The position numbers and the translations under genes were made by a program. Of a stretch of 64,000 nt of DNA, positions 16,975-25,651 are shown piece by piece. The DNA comes from Acutalibacteraceae bacterium (GTDB lineage: Bacteria; Bacillota; Clostridia; Oscillospirales; Acutalibacteraceae): NCBI GenBank assembly GCA_045616815.1, contig JAZLHN010000173.1, forward strand, positions 10,564 to 74,563. The letters are read 5' to 3'. The stretch's first letter is position 1; every line of letters begins with the position of its first letter. A model generated the notes under the pieces. That model was not told the origin of the DNA. It was given only the letters and a program-made list of their open reading frames with translations, and did no database searches.

Positions 16975-19900
16975 ATGAAGAAAAAGATCTATCTCATACA
17001 GGCCAGCGCCGTTTACGGCGAAAGCGTGAAAAGCGCCTACCTCCCTTACGCGGCGGGCTGCCTTGCCGCCTACGCCTTTGCGGACGAAAAGATAAAAGAG
17101 GAGTATTCTCTCGGCAGATTTATTTTTACCCGCGAGAATATCGACGAGGCCGTTGCCTCCCTTGAGAAGCCGTATTTTGTCGGTTTTTCGTCCTATATCT
17201 GGAATATGGAGTACAACAAGCTTTTCGCGAAAAAGCTGAAAGAAAAATATCCGGACGTCATCATCGCGTTCGGCGGCCATAACGTGAAGCCCGACGGCAG
17301 CGATCTGGATAAGATCCCCGAGGCCGATATCATTATGCACGGCGAGGGAGAAAAGGTATTCAAAGATCTTCTGCTGGCTCTTTCGGCAAACAGACCGTAT
17401 TCCTCTGTCGGCGGCGTGTCTTTCCGGGAAAACGGTTCTGTTGTCACAACACCCGCGGGCGAAGCGGCGGATATCGCTTCATTCCCTTCTCCTTATACGG
17501 AGGGATATTTTGACGATATCATCCGTGATTCCGGGATCGTTCCGTCCATCGTATGGGAAACCAACCGCGGTTGTCCCAACCGCTGCGCGTTCTGCGACTG
17601 GGGTTCTCTCAAATCGAAGCTCAGACAGTTCCCGATGGATAGGATCAGGGCGGAGCTCGACTGGATGGCGGAAAATAAGATCGAATACGTTTACTGCGCC
17701 GATTCCAATTTCGGAATATATCCGCGTGATACCGAGATCGCCGATATGATCATTGCATACAACGAAAAATACGGCTATCCGAAGGTATTCCGTACCAATT
17801 ATACGAAAAATAAAGACGACGTCGTGTTTGAGATCAGCAGCAAGCTTATCAATCGGCGTATCGGCAAATCCCCCACGCTCTCTTTCCAGAGCCTTTCGCC
17901 CGACGTGCTTGAAAAGATCGGCCGGAGCAACATGGATCTTGTGAATTTCAAAAGGCTCATGGCGCGCTACAGCGAAGCGAAGGTACCTGTTTTTTCGGAG
18001 CTCATACTCGGTTTGCCGGGCGAGACCTACGACAGCTTTACGGACGGGATCTGCGACCTTATTGAGTCCAATCAGCATACGGCTCTCGGTATCTATCCCT
18101 GTGAGCTTCTTCCCAATTCCCGCATGGGCAGCAAAGAATTCTGTGAAAAATACGGTATCCGCACCGTGCACACGGAGTTCGCGCAGTATCACACTAAGCC
18201 GGAGGAGGACGGCATAAAGGAAATGTCCAATATCGTCATATCCACCTCCGATATGGGGATCGCGGACTGGAAGCGTTCGTTCATCTTCTCGGTGTGCGTG
18301 CAGGCTTTCCACAATCTTGCGCTGACCAGAGCCATCGCCATATATCTTAATAAAGAAAAAAATATTCCGTATAAACGGTTTTACGAGTCGCTGATAAGTC
18401 TTATCTCTTCCGCAAAGGAAGACAGTGTATGCGGTCGGGTCTTCCGCAGGATCCGTGCGTTGACCGACGGCGTTATAGACGGAAAGAATTCGTTCTCCTG
18501 TTTGTTCGGCGACGAGGAACGGCTGCTGTGGAGTTTTGAGGAATATATGTTCCTCGCCCTGGCGAGGGAAGCGGACCGGTTCTATGACGAGATCGGCGGA
18601 TTCGTAAAGTCCTATGGGATCGAAGAGGATATTTTCAACGCGCTGATGACGTATCAGAGCGCGATCATCAAAAAACCCGGCAGGACCGGGATGGCTCTCA
18701 CTCTCGGCTATGACTTCTACGGCTATTTCAAGCGCATTTATCAGGATGAATACAAGCCTCTGGAAAAAATCGGAAACACCGTTACGGTTTCGGATACACC
18801 CGCCGCGACGTGGGACGAATATGCTCGTATGAACGTCTGGTACGGCCGCCGCGACGACGCGCAGCTTTATACCGGAAAGAAAAATACGGCGGTACAGACG
18901 TTTGAAAAAACGGAAAAGAAAAACGTGTACATGGTGCAGGCTACCTATCTGAACGGAAAAACCGTTTATATTCCCTATGCCGTGGGCGCGCTCATCGCCT
19001 ACGCGTGGAAGGACGAGACCGTAAAAGCGCATTATAACGCGGCGGATATCTTTTTCCTCCGGGAGGATATCGACGACGTCGTGGCAAAGCTCGATTCTCC
19101 GTTTTACGTGGGATTTTCCTCCTATATGTGGAATTTTGAATACAACAAGAAGCTTGCCGCGAAAATAAAGGAAACATACCCGGAGTGTATCATCCAGTTC
19201 GGCGGACATCAGGTAGCGCCCGGAGACGACATCCTGCGCGAAAATCCTTTTATCGACGTTGCCGTTCACAACGAGGGGGAAGAGCCGTTCAGGCTTCTGC
19301 TGCTCGAGTATCTGAAGGAGCAGCCGGATCTTTCTTCGATCCCCAACGTCACCTACCGCGAAAACGGAGAAATCAAAAGCAATCCCTGTGCCGTTCCCGA
19401 GGTGGACGAGTATCCTTCGCCTTATCAGGAGGGAGTCTTTGACCGGATCATCGCGGAGAATCCGGATATCAGATTCGATGCGCTGCTTGAAACGAACCGC
19501 GGCTGTCCGTATTCCTGCACGTACTGCGGATGGGGCATGTATCAATCGAAGATCCGCATGTTCTCGATGGAGAGGATCTACAAGGATATCGAATGGGCCA
19601 GCGAGCATAAGATCGAGTTCTTAGGCGGCGCGGACGCGAATTTCGGTCTGTTTGACCGTGACGAACAGATCGTGGACTGGATCATCGATTTCAAAAAACG
19701 CACCGGATATCCCGATAAATTCCAGGTATCCTACGCCAAAAACAGCACGGAACGTATTTTCAGAATGACCGAAAAGCTCCATGCCGCCAATATGGATAAG
19801 GGCGTGACGCTTGCCTTCCAGTCTCTTGATCCGCAGGTACTCGACAATATCGGCCGTTCGAATATCAAGCTCGATTATTATTCAACGCTTCTGCGTATGT

Positions 19901-20835
19901 ACGCGAACGCGGGCATCCCCACGTATTCCGATCTGATCATAGGTCTTCCCGGGGAAACGTACGCTTCTTTCGTAAAAGGGATCGATACGCTTCTTGCCGC
20001 GGGACAGCATTCGTCTTTGTTCATCCATATATTGGAATGGCTTCCCTGTTCCACGATGGGCAACAGGGAATATATGGACCGTTTCGGGATCGAATATACC
20101 GTGCTGCCGCTTAATCAGCCCCACCGTGTAAAGACCGGCGAGGACAGCATCACCGAGTATTCGCGTATTATCACAAAGACGAATACCATGGATCACGCCG
20201 AGTGGATAAGGATGAATATGTTCTCCGCGTGCGTGCAGTGCTTCCATCATCTCGGTCTGCTGGAGTATGTGGCGCTGTACTGCCATTATGACCTCGGGTT
20301 CGGTTACGGCGACTTCTATGACCGGCTGCTGACATATCTTGAACAGCACCCGGATACCGTGGCGGGGAACGTCTTCGCCCGCGTGAAACAGCATTTTTCG
20401 GACGTGATCGAAAAAGGCGGTCCCGTTGTGTTCGTTGACGAAACATACGGTCCCGTGTCGTGGACGGCGGAAGAATACGCCTTCCTGGAGATCGTGAGAA
20501 ACAAAAAACGTTTTTATGAAGAGATCCGCGGATTCACGAACGGTCTCGGTATCGATCCCGACGTGCTGGACGACCTTTTCGGGTATCAGTACGCGATCAT
20601 CAAAACGGTCAACAACAGGCACAGCGAACAGGTCATCCGTTATGATTTCCCCGACTATTTCAAAGGCGCGCTGGAGGGAATGCCCCCTGCTCTTGCGCCG
20701 GCGGATAAAAAACTCGTCATCGACGATCCCGATACCTTCGATAACTGGGAGGATTACGCCCGTTTCGTCGTTTGGTACGGGCGGCGCGGCGGCAAGAATA
20801 TCTATCTTTCCGAAGCGCATATCGAAGAAATATGA
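16975..20835 (+). CDS. Tandem-fused double B12-binding-domain-type radical SAM enzyme (two complete clade-A modules, 1286 aa)
   Basis: Module 1 has VGFSSYIWN, AFGGHN, HGEGE, TNRGCPNRCAFCDWG (17572-17595) and WDEYARMNVWYGRR. Module 2 restarts at KKNVYMVQ (about 18919) with GFSSYMWN, FGGHQ, HNEGE, TNRGCPYSCTYCGWG (19504-19527) and WEDYARFVVWYGRR. Confidence 0.85.
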   Translation: MKKKIYLIQASAVYGESVKSAYLPYAAGCLAAYAFADEKIKEEYSLGRFIFTRENIDEAVASLEKPYFVGFSSYIWNMEYNKLFAKKLKEKYPDVIIAFGGHNVKPDGSDLDKIPEADIIMHGEGEKVFKDLLLALSANRPYSSVGGVSFRENGSVVTTPAGEAADIASFPSPYTEGYFDDIIRDSGIVPSIVWETNRGCPNRCAFCDWGSLKSKLRQFPMDRIRAELDWMAENKIEYVYCADSNFGIYPRDTEIADMIIAYNEKYGYPKVFRTNYTKNKDDVVFEISSKLINRRIGKSPTLSFQSLSPDVLEKIGRSNMDLVNFKRLMARYSEAKVPVFSELILGLPGETYDSFTDGICDLIESNQHTALGIYPCELLPNSRMGSKEFCEKYGIRTVHTEFAQYHTKPEEDGIKEMSNIVISTSDMGIADWKRSFIFSVCVQAFHNLALTRAIAIYLNKEKNIPYKRFYESLISLISSAKEDSVCGRVFRRIRALTDGVIDGKNSFSCLFGDEERLLWSFEEYMFLALAREADRFYDEIGGFVKSYGIEEDIFNALMTYQSAIIKKPGRTGMALTLGYDFYGYFKRIYQDEYKPLEKIGNTVTVSDTPAATWDEYARMNVWYGRRDDAQLYTGKKNTAVQTFEKTEKKNVYMVQATYLNGKTVYIPYAVGALIAYAWKDETVKAHYNAADIFFLREDIDDVVAKLDSPFYVGFSSYMWNFEYNKKLAAKIKETYPECIIQFGGHQVAPGDDILRENPFIDVAVHNEGEEPFRLLLLEYLKEQPDLSSIPNVTYRENGEIKSNPCAVPEVDEYPSPYQEGVFDRIIAENPDIRFDALLETNRGCPYSCTYCGWGMYQSKIRMFSMERIYKDIEWASEHKIEFLGGADANFGLFDRDEQIVDWIIDFKKRTGYPDKFQVSYAKNSTERIFRMTEKLHAANMDKGVTLAFQSLDPQVLDNIGRSNIKLDYYSTLLRMYANAGIPTYSDLIIGLPGETYASFVKGIDTLLAAGQHSSLFIHILEWLPCSTMGNREYMDRFGIEYTVLPLNQPHRVKTGEDSITEYSRIITKTNTMDHAEWIRMNMFSACVQCFHHLGLLEYVALYCHYDLGFGYGDFYDRLLTYLEQHPDTVAGNVFARVKQHFSDVIEKGGPVVFVDETYGPVSWTAEEYAFLEIVRNKKRFYEEIRGFTNGLGIDPDVLDDLFGYQYAIIKTVNNRHSEQVIRYDFPDYFKGALEGMPPALAPADKKLVIDDPDTFDNWEDYARFVVWYGRRGGKNIYLSEAHIEEI

Positions 20836-20846
20836 TATAATATAAA

Positions 20847-20890
20847 CAACCTCGGGCTTTCCGTGTAAGGAAGATGCCCGAGGCTGTTTT
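20847..20890. terminator. Bidirectional terminator hairpin between convergent radical SAM genes
   Basis: caacctcgggc...gcccgaggctg stem with an internal sub-stem, followed by ttttt. Confidence 0.7.
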
Positions 20891-22803
20891 TACATGTATT
20901 CTATTGTGACGGATTCCCGGTCGTTCGTGGCGAGCGTCGCGCTGCGGCGTTTGCCGTACCAGATGATCTCGCGGGCGTATTCGTCCCACGCGGTGATATT
21001 TTTCTCCATTTTTATATGGAGGATATTTTTTTTCTTTTCGAGAGGCTTATACTCCCGCATATAGATATTGCGGAAATAGTTATAAAAATCGTATTCCAGC
21101 GGCAGATGCAGTTCGTTTTTATCCGGCTGACGGAGAATCTCGGTCTGATAGGTAAGGAGCTGACTGTAAACGTCGTCGGGAATGCCGAGCGATTCGAAAA
21201 ACGGGAGCATTTCCTGCGTGTAGCGGGCCAGCTCGTGAGTGCACTCGAGGAAAAGTCCCTCCTCGAAATACCAGCCCGTGGTGCCGAAGATATCCTTCTG
21301 ATACGCCCACGGATTTTCGGTATCGCTGATGGTATCGCGTACCCAGGTGAGGACCTGTCCCGGCAGGGTATCCGGACGGCTCGAAAGAAAAGCAAAGAGT
21401 CTGTTGTAAAAATCGAGATAGGACATACCCATCTCGTGGCGCATATACAGGGCAAAGCAGCGCACGAGACCGATGTAATGGAAGGCCTCTACGCACACGG
21501 CGTAAACGTTGGTTTTTTCCCAATCCGCGCGGCTCATCGAATAGGATCCGGTCGTTATGCGGAAGCGCTCGTTCACACCGCTGAAATCCGGCGTGTAATG
21601 CACGGCGTCGATGGGTACCTCCGTGACCTCCATTTTGTATTTTTCCTGATAGTCTTTTTTGCCCATGGGGGCGTTCGGATAGACCTGACAGTGGTGGAAG
21701 GTGACCGAATTGTGCTGACCCATTTCCATCAGATCGCAGAGCGTTTTCCGGAAGCTTTCAAAGGATTCTCCGGGCAGGCCGAGGATCAGGTCGGAATAAG
21801 TCGGGATGCCGATGGCATTGCAGCGTTTTGCCAGATCGGTGAACACGTCTACGTCAAGATTTTCGCGGGCGATGTTGTCAAGAGCCTCTTCGCAGGTAGT
21901 CTGATAGGATATGGTGATCCCCTTGTCCGCGCCCGCGGCGTTGAGGATCCTGCCAGCCTCAAACACGGTATCGTTGCTGTTTTTCGCGTAGCAGGGCTTG
22001 AATATGTTGGGATAGCCGTTCTTTTTCCGTACGTCCACCACCCACTGTGCGATCTCGATATCCCGTTCAACGATACCGAAATTGCCGTCCGCGCAGTAAA
22101 TGTATTCCAGCTTATGATCGCTTGCCCACTGTATCTCCGCCTTGACCTTTTCGATCGGGAAGAGCCGCAGCCTTCTGTCGTGGCTCCATTCGCAGTAGGC
22201 ACAGGTGTAGGGACAGCCGCGGTTGGTCTCCACGGTCATATTGAACATGATCTCCGGGTGCTCGGCCATGATATCGTCGAAGATCCCGGTGAGATAGGGG
22301 GAGGGAAATCCGGATAGGTCGTTGAGCTGCTGCGGGATCCTTACGATCTTTCCGTTTCTGCGGAACATGGCGCCCGGCACATCGTCACAGCTTTCGCCGT
22401 GCAGACAGTGCTTGAGCAGCATGGGAAAGGATACTTCGCCTTCGCCGTATAAAACGAAATCGACGTCGGGCTGTTCGTTCAGCATTTCCGAATCCGGCGT
22501 GATGCTGTGACCGCCGACGACGATCGTACAGTCCGGATATTTTTCCTTTACGAGTTTCGCAAGGCGTTTATTGTATTCCGTATTCCAGAAGTTTGTGGAA
22601 AAGGTCACGACGTCCGGAGCGGTTATCCGGGCGAGGTTGTTCTCAAGCGTATCTCTTTCAAAGATCAGTACGGGTTTCTCATAGTTTGCCGCGATCTCGC
22701 CGTCCGCAAATGCGCTCGCCGCGATACAGCCCGCCGCATAAGGCAGATAAACAAGAGACCGATCAAAGCTGAAACCAATTTGTATCATGTACAGTTTTTT
22801 CAT
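20890..22803 (-). CDS. B12-binding-domain-type radical SAM enzyme, clade A (subtype A1)
   Basis: MKKLYMIQ...YLPYAAG, VVGGHS, YGEGE, TNRGCPYTCAYCEW and the C-terminal WDEYAREIIWYGKRR are present. ATG 22803 is preferred over GTG 22812. Confidence 0.85.
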   Translation of the reverse strand: MKKLYMIQIGFSFDRSLVYLPYAAGCIAASAFADGEIAANYEKPVLIFERDTLENNLARITAPDVVTFSTNFWNTEYNKRLAKLVKEKYPDCTIVVGGHSITPDSEMLNEQPDVDFVLYGEGEVSFPMLLKHCLHGESCDDVPGAMFRRNGKIVRIPQQLNDLSGFPSPYLTGIFDDIMAEHPEIMFNMTVETNRGCPYTCAYCEWSHDRRLRLFPIEKVKAEIQWASDHKLEYIYCADGNFGIVERDIEIAQWVVDVRKKNGYPNIFKPCYAKNSNDTVFEAGRILNAAGADKGITISYQTTCEEALDNIARENLDVDVFTDLAKRCNAIGIPTYSDLILGLPGESFESFRKTLCDLMEMGQHNSVTFHHCQVYPNAPMGKKDYQEKYKMEVTEVPIDAVHYTPDFSGVNERFRITTGSYSMSRADWEKTNVYAVCVEAFHYIGLVRCFALYMRHEMGMSYLDFYNRLFAFLSSRPDTLPGQVLTWVRDTISDTENPWAYQKDIFGTTGWYFEEGLFLECTHELARYTQEMLPFFESLGIPDDVYSQLLTYQTEILRQPDKNELHLPLEYDFYNYFRNIYMREYKPLEKKKNILHIKMEKNITAWDEYAREIIWYGKRRSATLATNDRESVTIEYM

Positions 22804-22882
22804 GACTGCCACCGTGTTTCATTGATAATAATATAAAAATCATTATAACACGGAAGACGAAAAAAATCTACCGTTGATTTGT

Positions 22883-22910
22883 TTGACAACATATTTTTTC
22901 ATGTTATAAT
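22883..22910 (+). promoter_or_regulatory. Near-consensus sigma-A promoter (TTGACA-16 nt-TGtTATAAT, extended -10)
   Basis: Read directly: tTTGACAacatattttttcaTGtTATAAT, about 34 nt upstream of ATG 22944. Confidence 0.65.
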
Positions 22911-22943
22911 ATTAAGTAACATATTTTTGACCCGGTGATATTT

Positions 22944-24848
22944 ATGAAAAATATTTATTTTATTCAGGTTGGTTTTGATTTCGACGGATCTGTGTATCTT
23001 CCGTACGCCGTGGGTACGATGGCGGCTTATTGTCTTGCGGACGAAAAACTGAATAAGGAATACGCTTTCCCCGATTTCATTTACCGTCGGGAAAAGCTGG
23101 ACGACGCACTTTCAAAGATAAAGGATCCGTATATCGCCGCGTTTTCCTGCAGCGTGTGGAATATGGAATTCAACAAAACGCTCGCAAAGCGCGTGAAAGA
23201 AAAATATCCGGAATGTATCGTCATTTTCGGCGGCCACAGTGTCCGTGAAAATGACTGCTCCCTGCTTGAAAGCGAGTCCTACGTCGATATCCTGATGTAC
23301 GGCGAGGGTGAAAAGACCTTTGCCGATATTTTGGCCGCCCTGCCGGCGGACGCGCTCGGAACGGTGGAAAACATAGCATTCCGGAAAGGCACGGAATACG
23401 TGCGCACCGAAAGAAGCGTATGCTCGGATCTGTCAAATCATCCGTCCCCGTATCTTACGGGCGTTTTCGATAAGATCATGGACGAAAATCCCGGTGCCGA
23501 CTGGCTCGCAGTGCTGGAAACGAACCGCGGCTGCCCCTATTCCTGTGCCTACTGCGACTGGTGCGCGGGTAAAAAGATGCGTCATTTCCTGCTCGAAAAG
23601 GTGCTCGGCGAGATCGACTGGTTCGCGAAAAACGAAGTGGAATATATTTTCTGCGCCGACTCCAATTTCGGTATGTTCGACCGTGACGTCGAAATAGCAG
23701 AATACCTTGTGGCATCGAAAAGAAAGACCGGCTATCCCAAGGTATTCCGTCCGTGCTACGAAAAGAACAGCGCGGACAGAGTGTTCAATATCTGCCGTAT
23801 CCTCAATTCCGAAGGTATGGACAAGGGCGCGACGATGGCGTATCAGACGCTTTCCGACGACGCGCTGAAAAACATCGGCCGGAAGAATCTGACGATGGAG
23901 CATTTCTCCTCTCTGCTTCAGCGATACAACGAGGCGGGCATTCCCACCTATTCGGAGCTTATTTTAGGCCTGCCCGGCGAAACGAAGGAAAGCTTCTGCG
24001 AGGGCATCTGCCGTCTGCTTGAAAACGGTCAGCACAATTCGATCAACGTCTATCACTGCGAGATGCTGCCGAACTCCGATATGTCGGAAAAGTCTTTCGT
24101 CGAAAAGCACGGTATCAAAGAAATAAAAGTACCCTTCAATCATATACACAGCGCGATCAAACGGGATGAGGAGGTACAGGAATATTCCTATCTCGTGCGC
24201 GCCACCGCGACCCTGCCCGAAGAGGACTGGGTGTACGCAAATCTGTTTTCGATCACGGTGCAGTGTTTCCACAGCCTCGGTTTTCTGCGTCTGTTTTCGA
24301 TCTATCTCAACTATGAGAAAAACGTAAAATATATCGACTTTTTTACCGGGCTGCTCGATTTCATCCTGAATTCGGACGGCAGACTCGGTGTGCTGTGGAG
24401 AGGCTTCCGCGAGAAATACGAAAGCTCTCTTTCCGGCGACTGGAATTATCACAACGAAAAATTCGGCAACGTGACGTGGTTCTTCGAGGAGGGCGCGTTT
24501 TTAGAGCTCGTGTGCGAGCCGGACGCGTATATGAACGAGCTTCTGCCGTATCTGAAGACTTTTGATATCGGGGATGAGCTGTTCAAGCAGATGCTCGTTT
24601 TCCAGCGTCATATCGTGCGTATTCCTTCGGGCGGAGAAGCGGAGATCACATCCGATTGGGATATCTTTTCTTTCTATACAAGCGTGATCGGCGGCAGTCC
24701 CGAACCTTTACGGAAACGGAAGACCACGGTGAGATTCTGTCCGTCGGTGACATATGACGATATCGAGACCTACGCTCGCGAAACGGTATGGTTCGGCAGA
24801 CGCCGCGGCGCGGCCATGCTGCACGGAAAGGAAATGATCCGCTTATGA
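22944..24848 (+). CDS. B12-binding-domain-type radical SAM enzyme, clade A (A1)
   Basis: MKNIYFIQ...YLPYAVG, IFGGHS, YGEGE, TNRGCPYSCAYCDW and YARETVWFGRRR. Confidence 0.85.
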   Translation: MKNIYFIQVGFDFDGSVYLPYAVGTMAAYCLADEKLNKEYAFPDFIYRREKLDDALSKIKDPYIAAFSCSVWNMEFNKTLAKRVKEKYPECIVIFGGHSVRENDCSLLESESYVDILMYGEGEKTFADILAALPADALGTVENIAFRKGTEYVRTERSVCSDLSNHPSPYLTGVFDKIMDENPGADWLAVLETNRGCPYSCAYCDWCAGKKMRHFLLEKVLGEIDWFAKNEVEYIFCADSNFGMFDRDVEIAEYLVASKRKTGYPKVFRPCYEKNSADRVFNICRILNSEGMDKGATMAYQTLSDDALKNIGRKNLTMEHFSSLLQRYNEAGIPTYSELILGLPGETKESFCEGICRLLENGQHNSINVYHCEMLPNSDMSEKSFVEKHGIKEIKVPFNHIHSAIKRDEEVQEYSYLVRATATLPEEDWVYANLFSITVQCFHSLGFLRLFSIYLNYEKNVKYIDFFTGLLDFILNSDGRLGVLWRGFREKYESSLSGDWNYHNEKFGNVTWFFEEGAFLELVCEPDAYMNELLPYLKTFDIGDELFKQMLVFQRHIVRIPSGGEAEITSDWDIFSFYTSVIGGSPEPLRKRKTTVRFCPSVTYDDIETYARETVWFGRRRGAAMLHGKEMIRL

Positions 24849-25585
24849 CAGCCCCGGAGTTTACGTCCGTGTCCGTGATGATGGGCGCGGTATCGGAAAC
24901 GGAGTCTCTGCGCCGGACCGTTTACGGCATTGCCGCCGCCGTTGAGCAGAAATCGGATATCGCCGAGCTGCTGATCGCTTATCCGGCCGACCGGGTAACA
25001 CCGGAATGCAAAGCCGTGCTGGACGAACTGCAGAACGAAGAAGTCGGCGTCAAACTCGATATCTTTCCGCAGATAACCCCCGGGATCGGTTTTTATTCGG
25101 ACGCGATCGAAAGGGCTACCGGCTCTCACTGCATTCCGTTTCAGACGGATATGGCTATGCCGCTTGAGATAATAGCCGATCTCATAGCCGAAGGAAAAAA
25201 AGATCCTTCGATTTTCGTGACGACCTCCCGCTGGCTGCCGGAATGTAAATGGACAGGCTACGGAGCTGTAAAAAAAGTGATAAATAAGCTTGCTCAGATC
25301 TTTTTGCGCGTGCTTTTCGGCGGAGGTCTCACCGATTATACCTGTCCCGTGCAGCTCATACCCACAGAGATCATGAAAAACATCCGTTGGGAGAAAAACG
25401 ATTTTTCCCGGTTTATGGAGATGCAGATAAAGCCTTTGCGTCTGGGATATAAATTCCGTGAGATCCCCGTGGATTGTCTGGAGCGTACGGACGGACAGTC
25501 AAGCAACAGCACGATACAGATCTTCAATTATCTGAAAACCGCTTTTCATCTGCGGTTTATGAAAAAACAGGATATACTCAAGTGA
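24845..25585 (+). CDS. Small soluble GT-A/DPM1-like glycosyltransferase-fold protein with a degenerate DxD (paralogue 1 of 3)
   Basis: Its ATG overlaps the upstream stop (ATGA). It has FQTDMAMPL in place of DxD, then SRWL...GYG...TDYTCPVQLIP...ERTDGQSSNS (DPM1-like R-x-x-G-x-S C-terminal pattern). No TM helix is present. Confidence 0.55.
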   Translation: MTAPEFTSVSVMMGAVSETESLRRTVYGIAAAVEQKSDIAELLIAYPADRVTPECKAVLDELQNEEVGVKLDIFPQITPGIGFYSDAIERATGSHCIPFQTDMAMPLEIIADLIAEGKKDPSIFVTTSRWLPECKWTGYGAVKKVINKLAQIFLRVLFGGGLTDYTCPVQLIPTEIMKNIRWEKNDFSRFMEMQIKPLRLGYKFREIPVDCLERTDGQSSNSTIQIFNYLKTAFHLRFMKKQDILK

Positions 25586-25606
25586 AGAGACAACAAAGAG
25601 AAAAGG

Positions 25607-25648
25607 CAAGGGTTGTAAAAAACGATCAGTTTTTTACAACCCCTTTTG
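25607..25648. terminator. Bidirectional terminator hairpin
   Basis: aagggttgtaaaaaa-cgatcag-ttttttacaaccccttt between convergent genes. Confidence 0.75.
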
Positions 25649-25651
25649 TTT

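Noticed and set aside
17479-19608. A 709-aa ORF antisense to the fused radical SAM gene. Similar long antisense ORFs lie at 21016-22317, 23433-24452, 26612-27583, 29155-30063, 31269-32432, 40381-41166, 42849-43532, 51554-52534, 53383-54732, 55690-57033 and 57585-58541.
   Set aside because: The sense strand encodes proteins with clear, repeated catalytic motifs. The antisense products are R/V/F/I-rich with no motifs, no SD and no sensible starts. They are typical shadow ORFs of GC-rich, codon-biased genes.
22813-22943. Cobalamin riboswitch in the leaders of the radical SAM operons (also checked 33961-34100 and 42563-42782).
   Set aside because: No B12-box-like (AGYCMGGAGACCKGCC-type) sequence or long structured leader is visible. 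The leaders are short and AT-rich.
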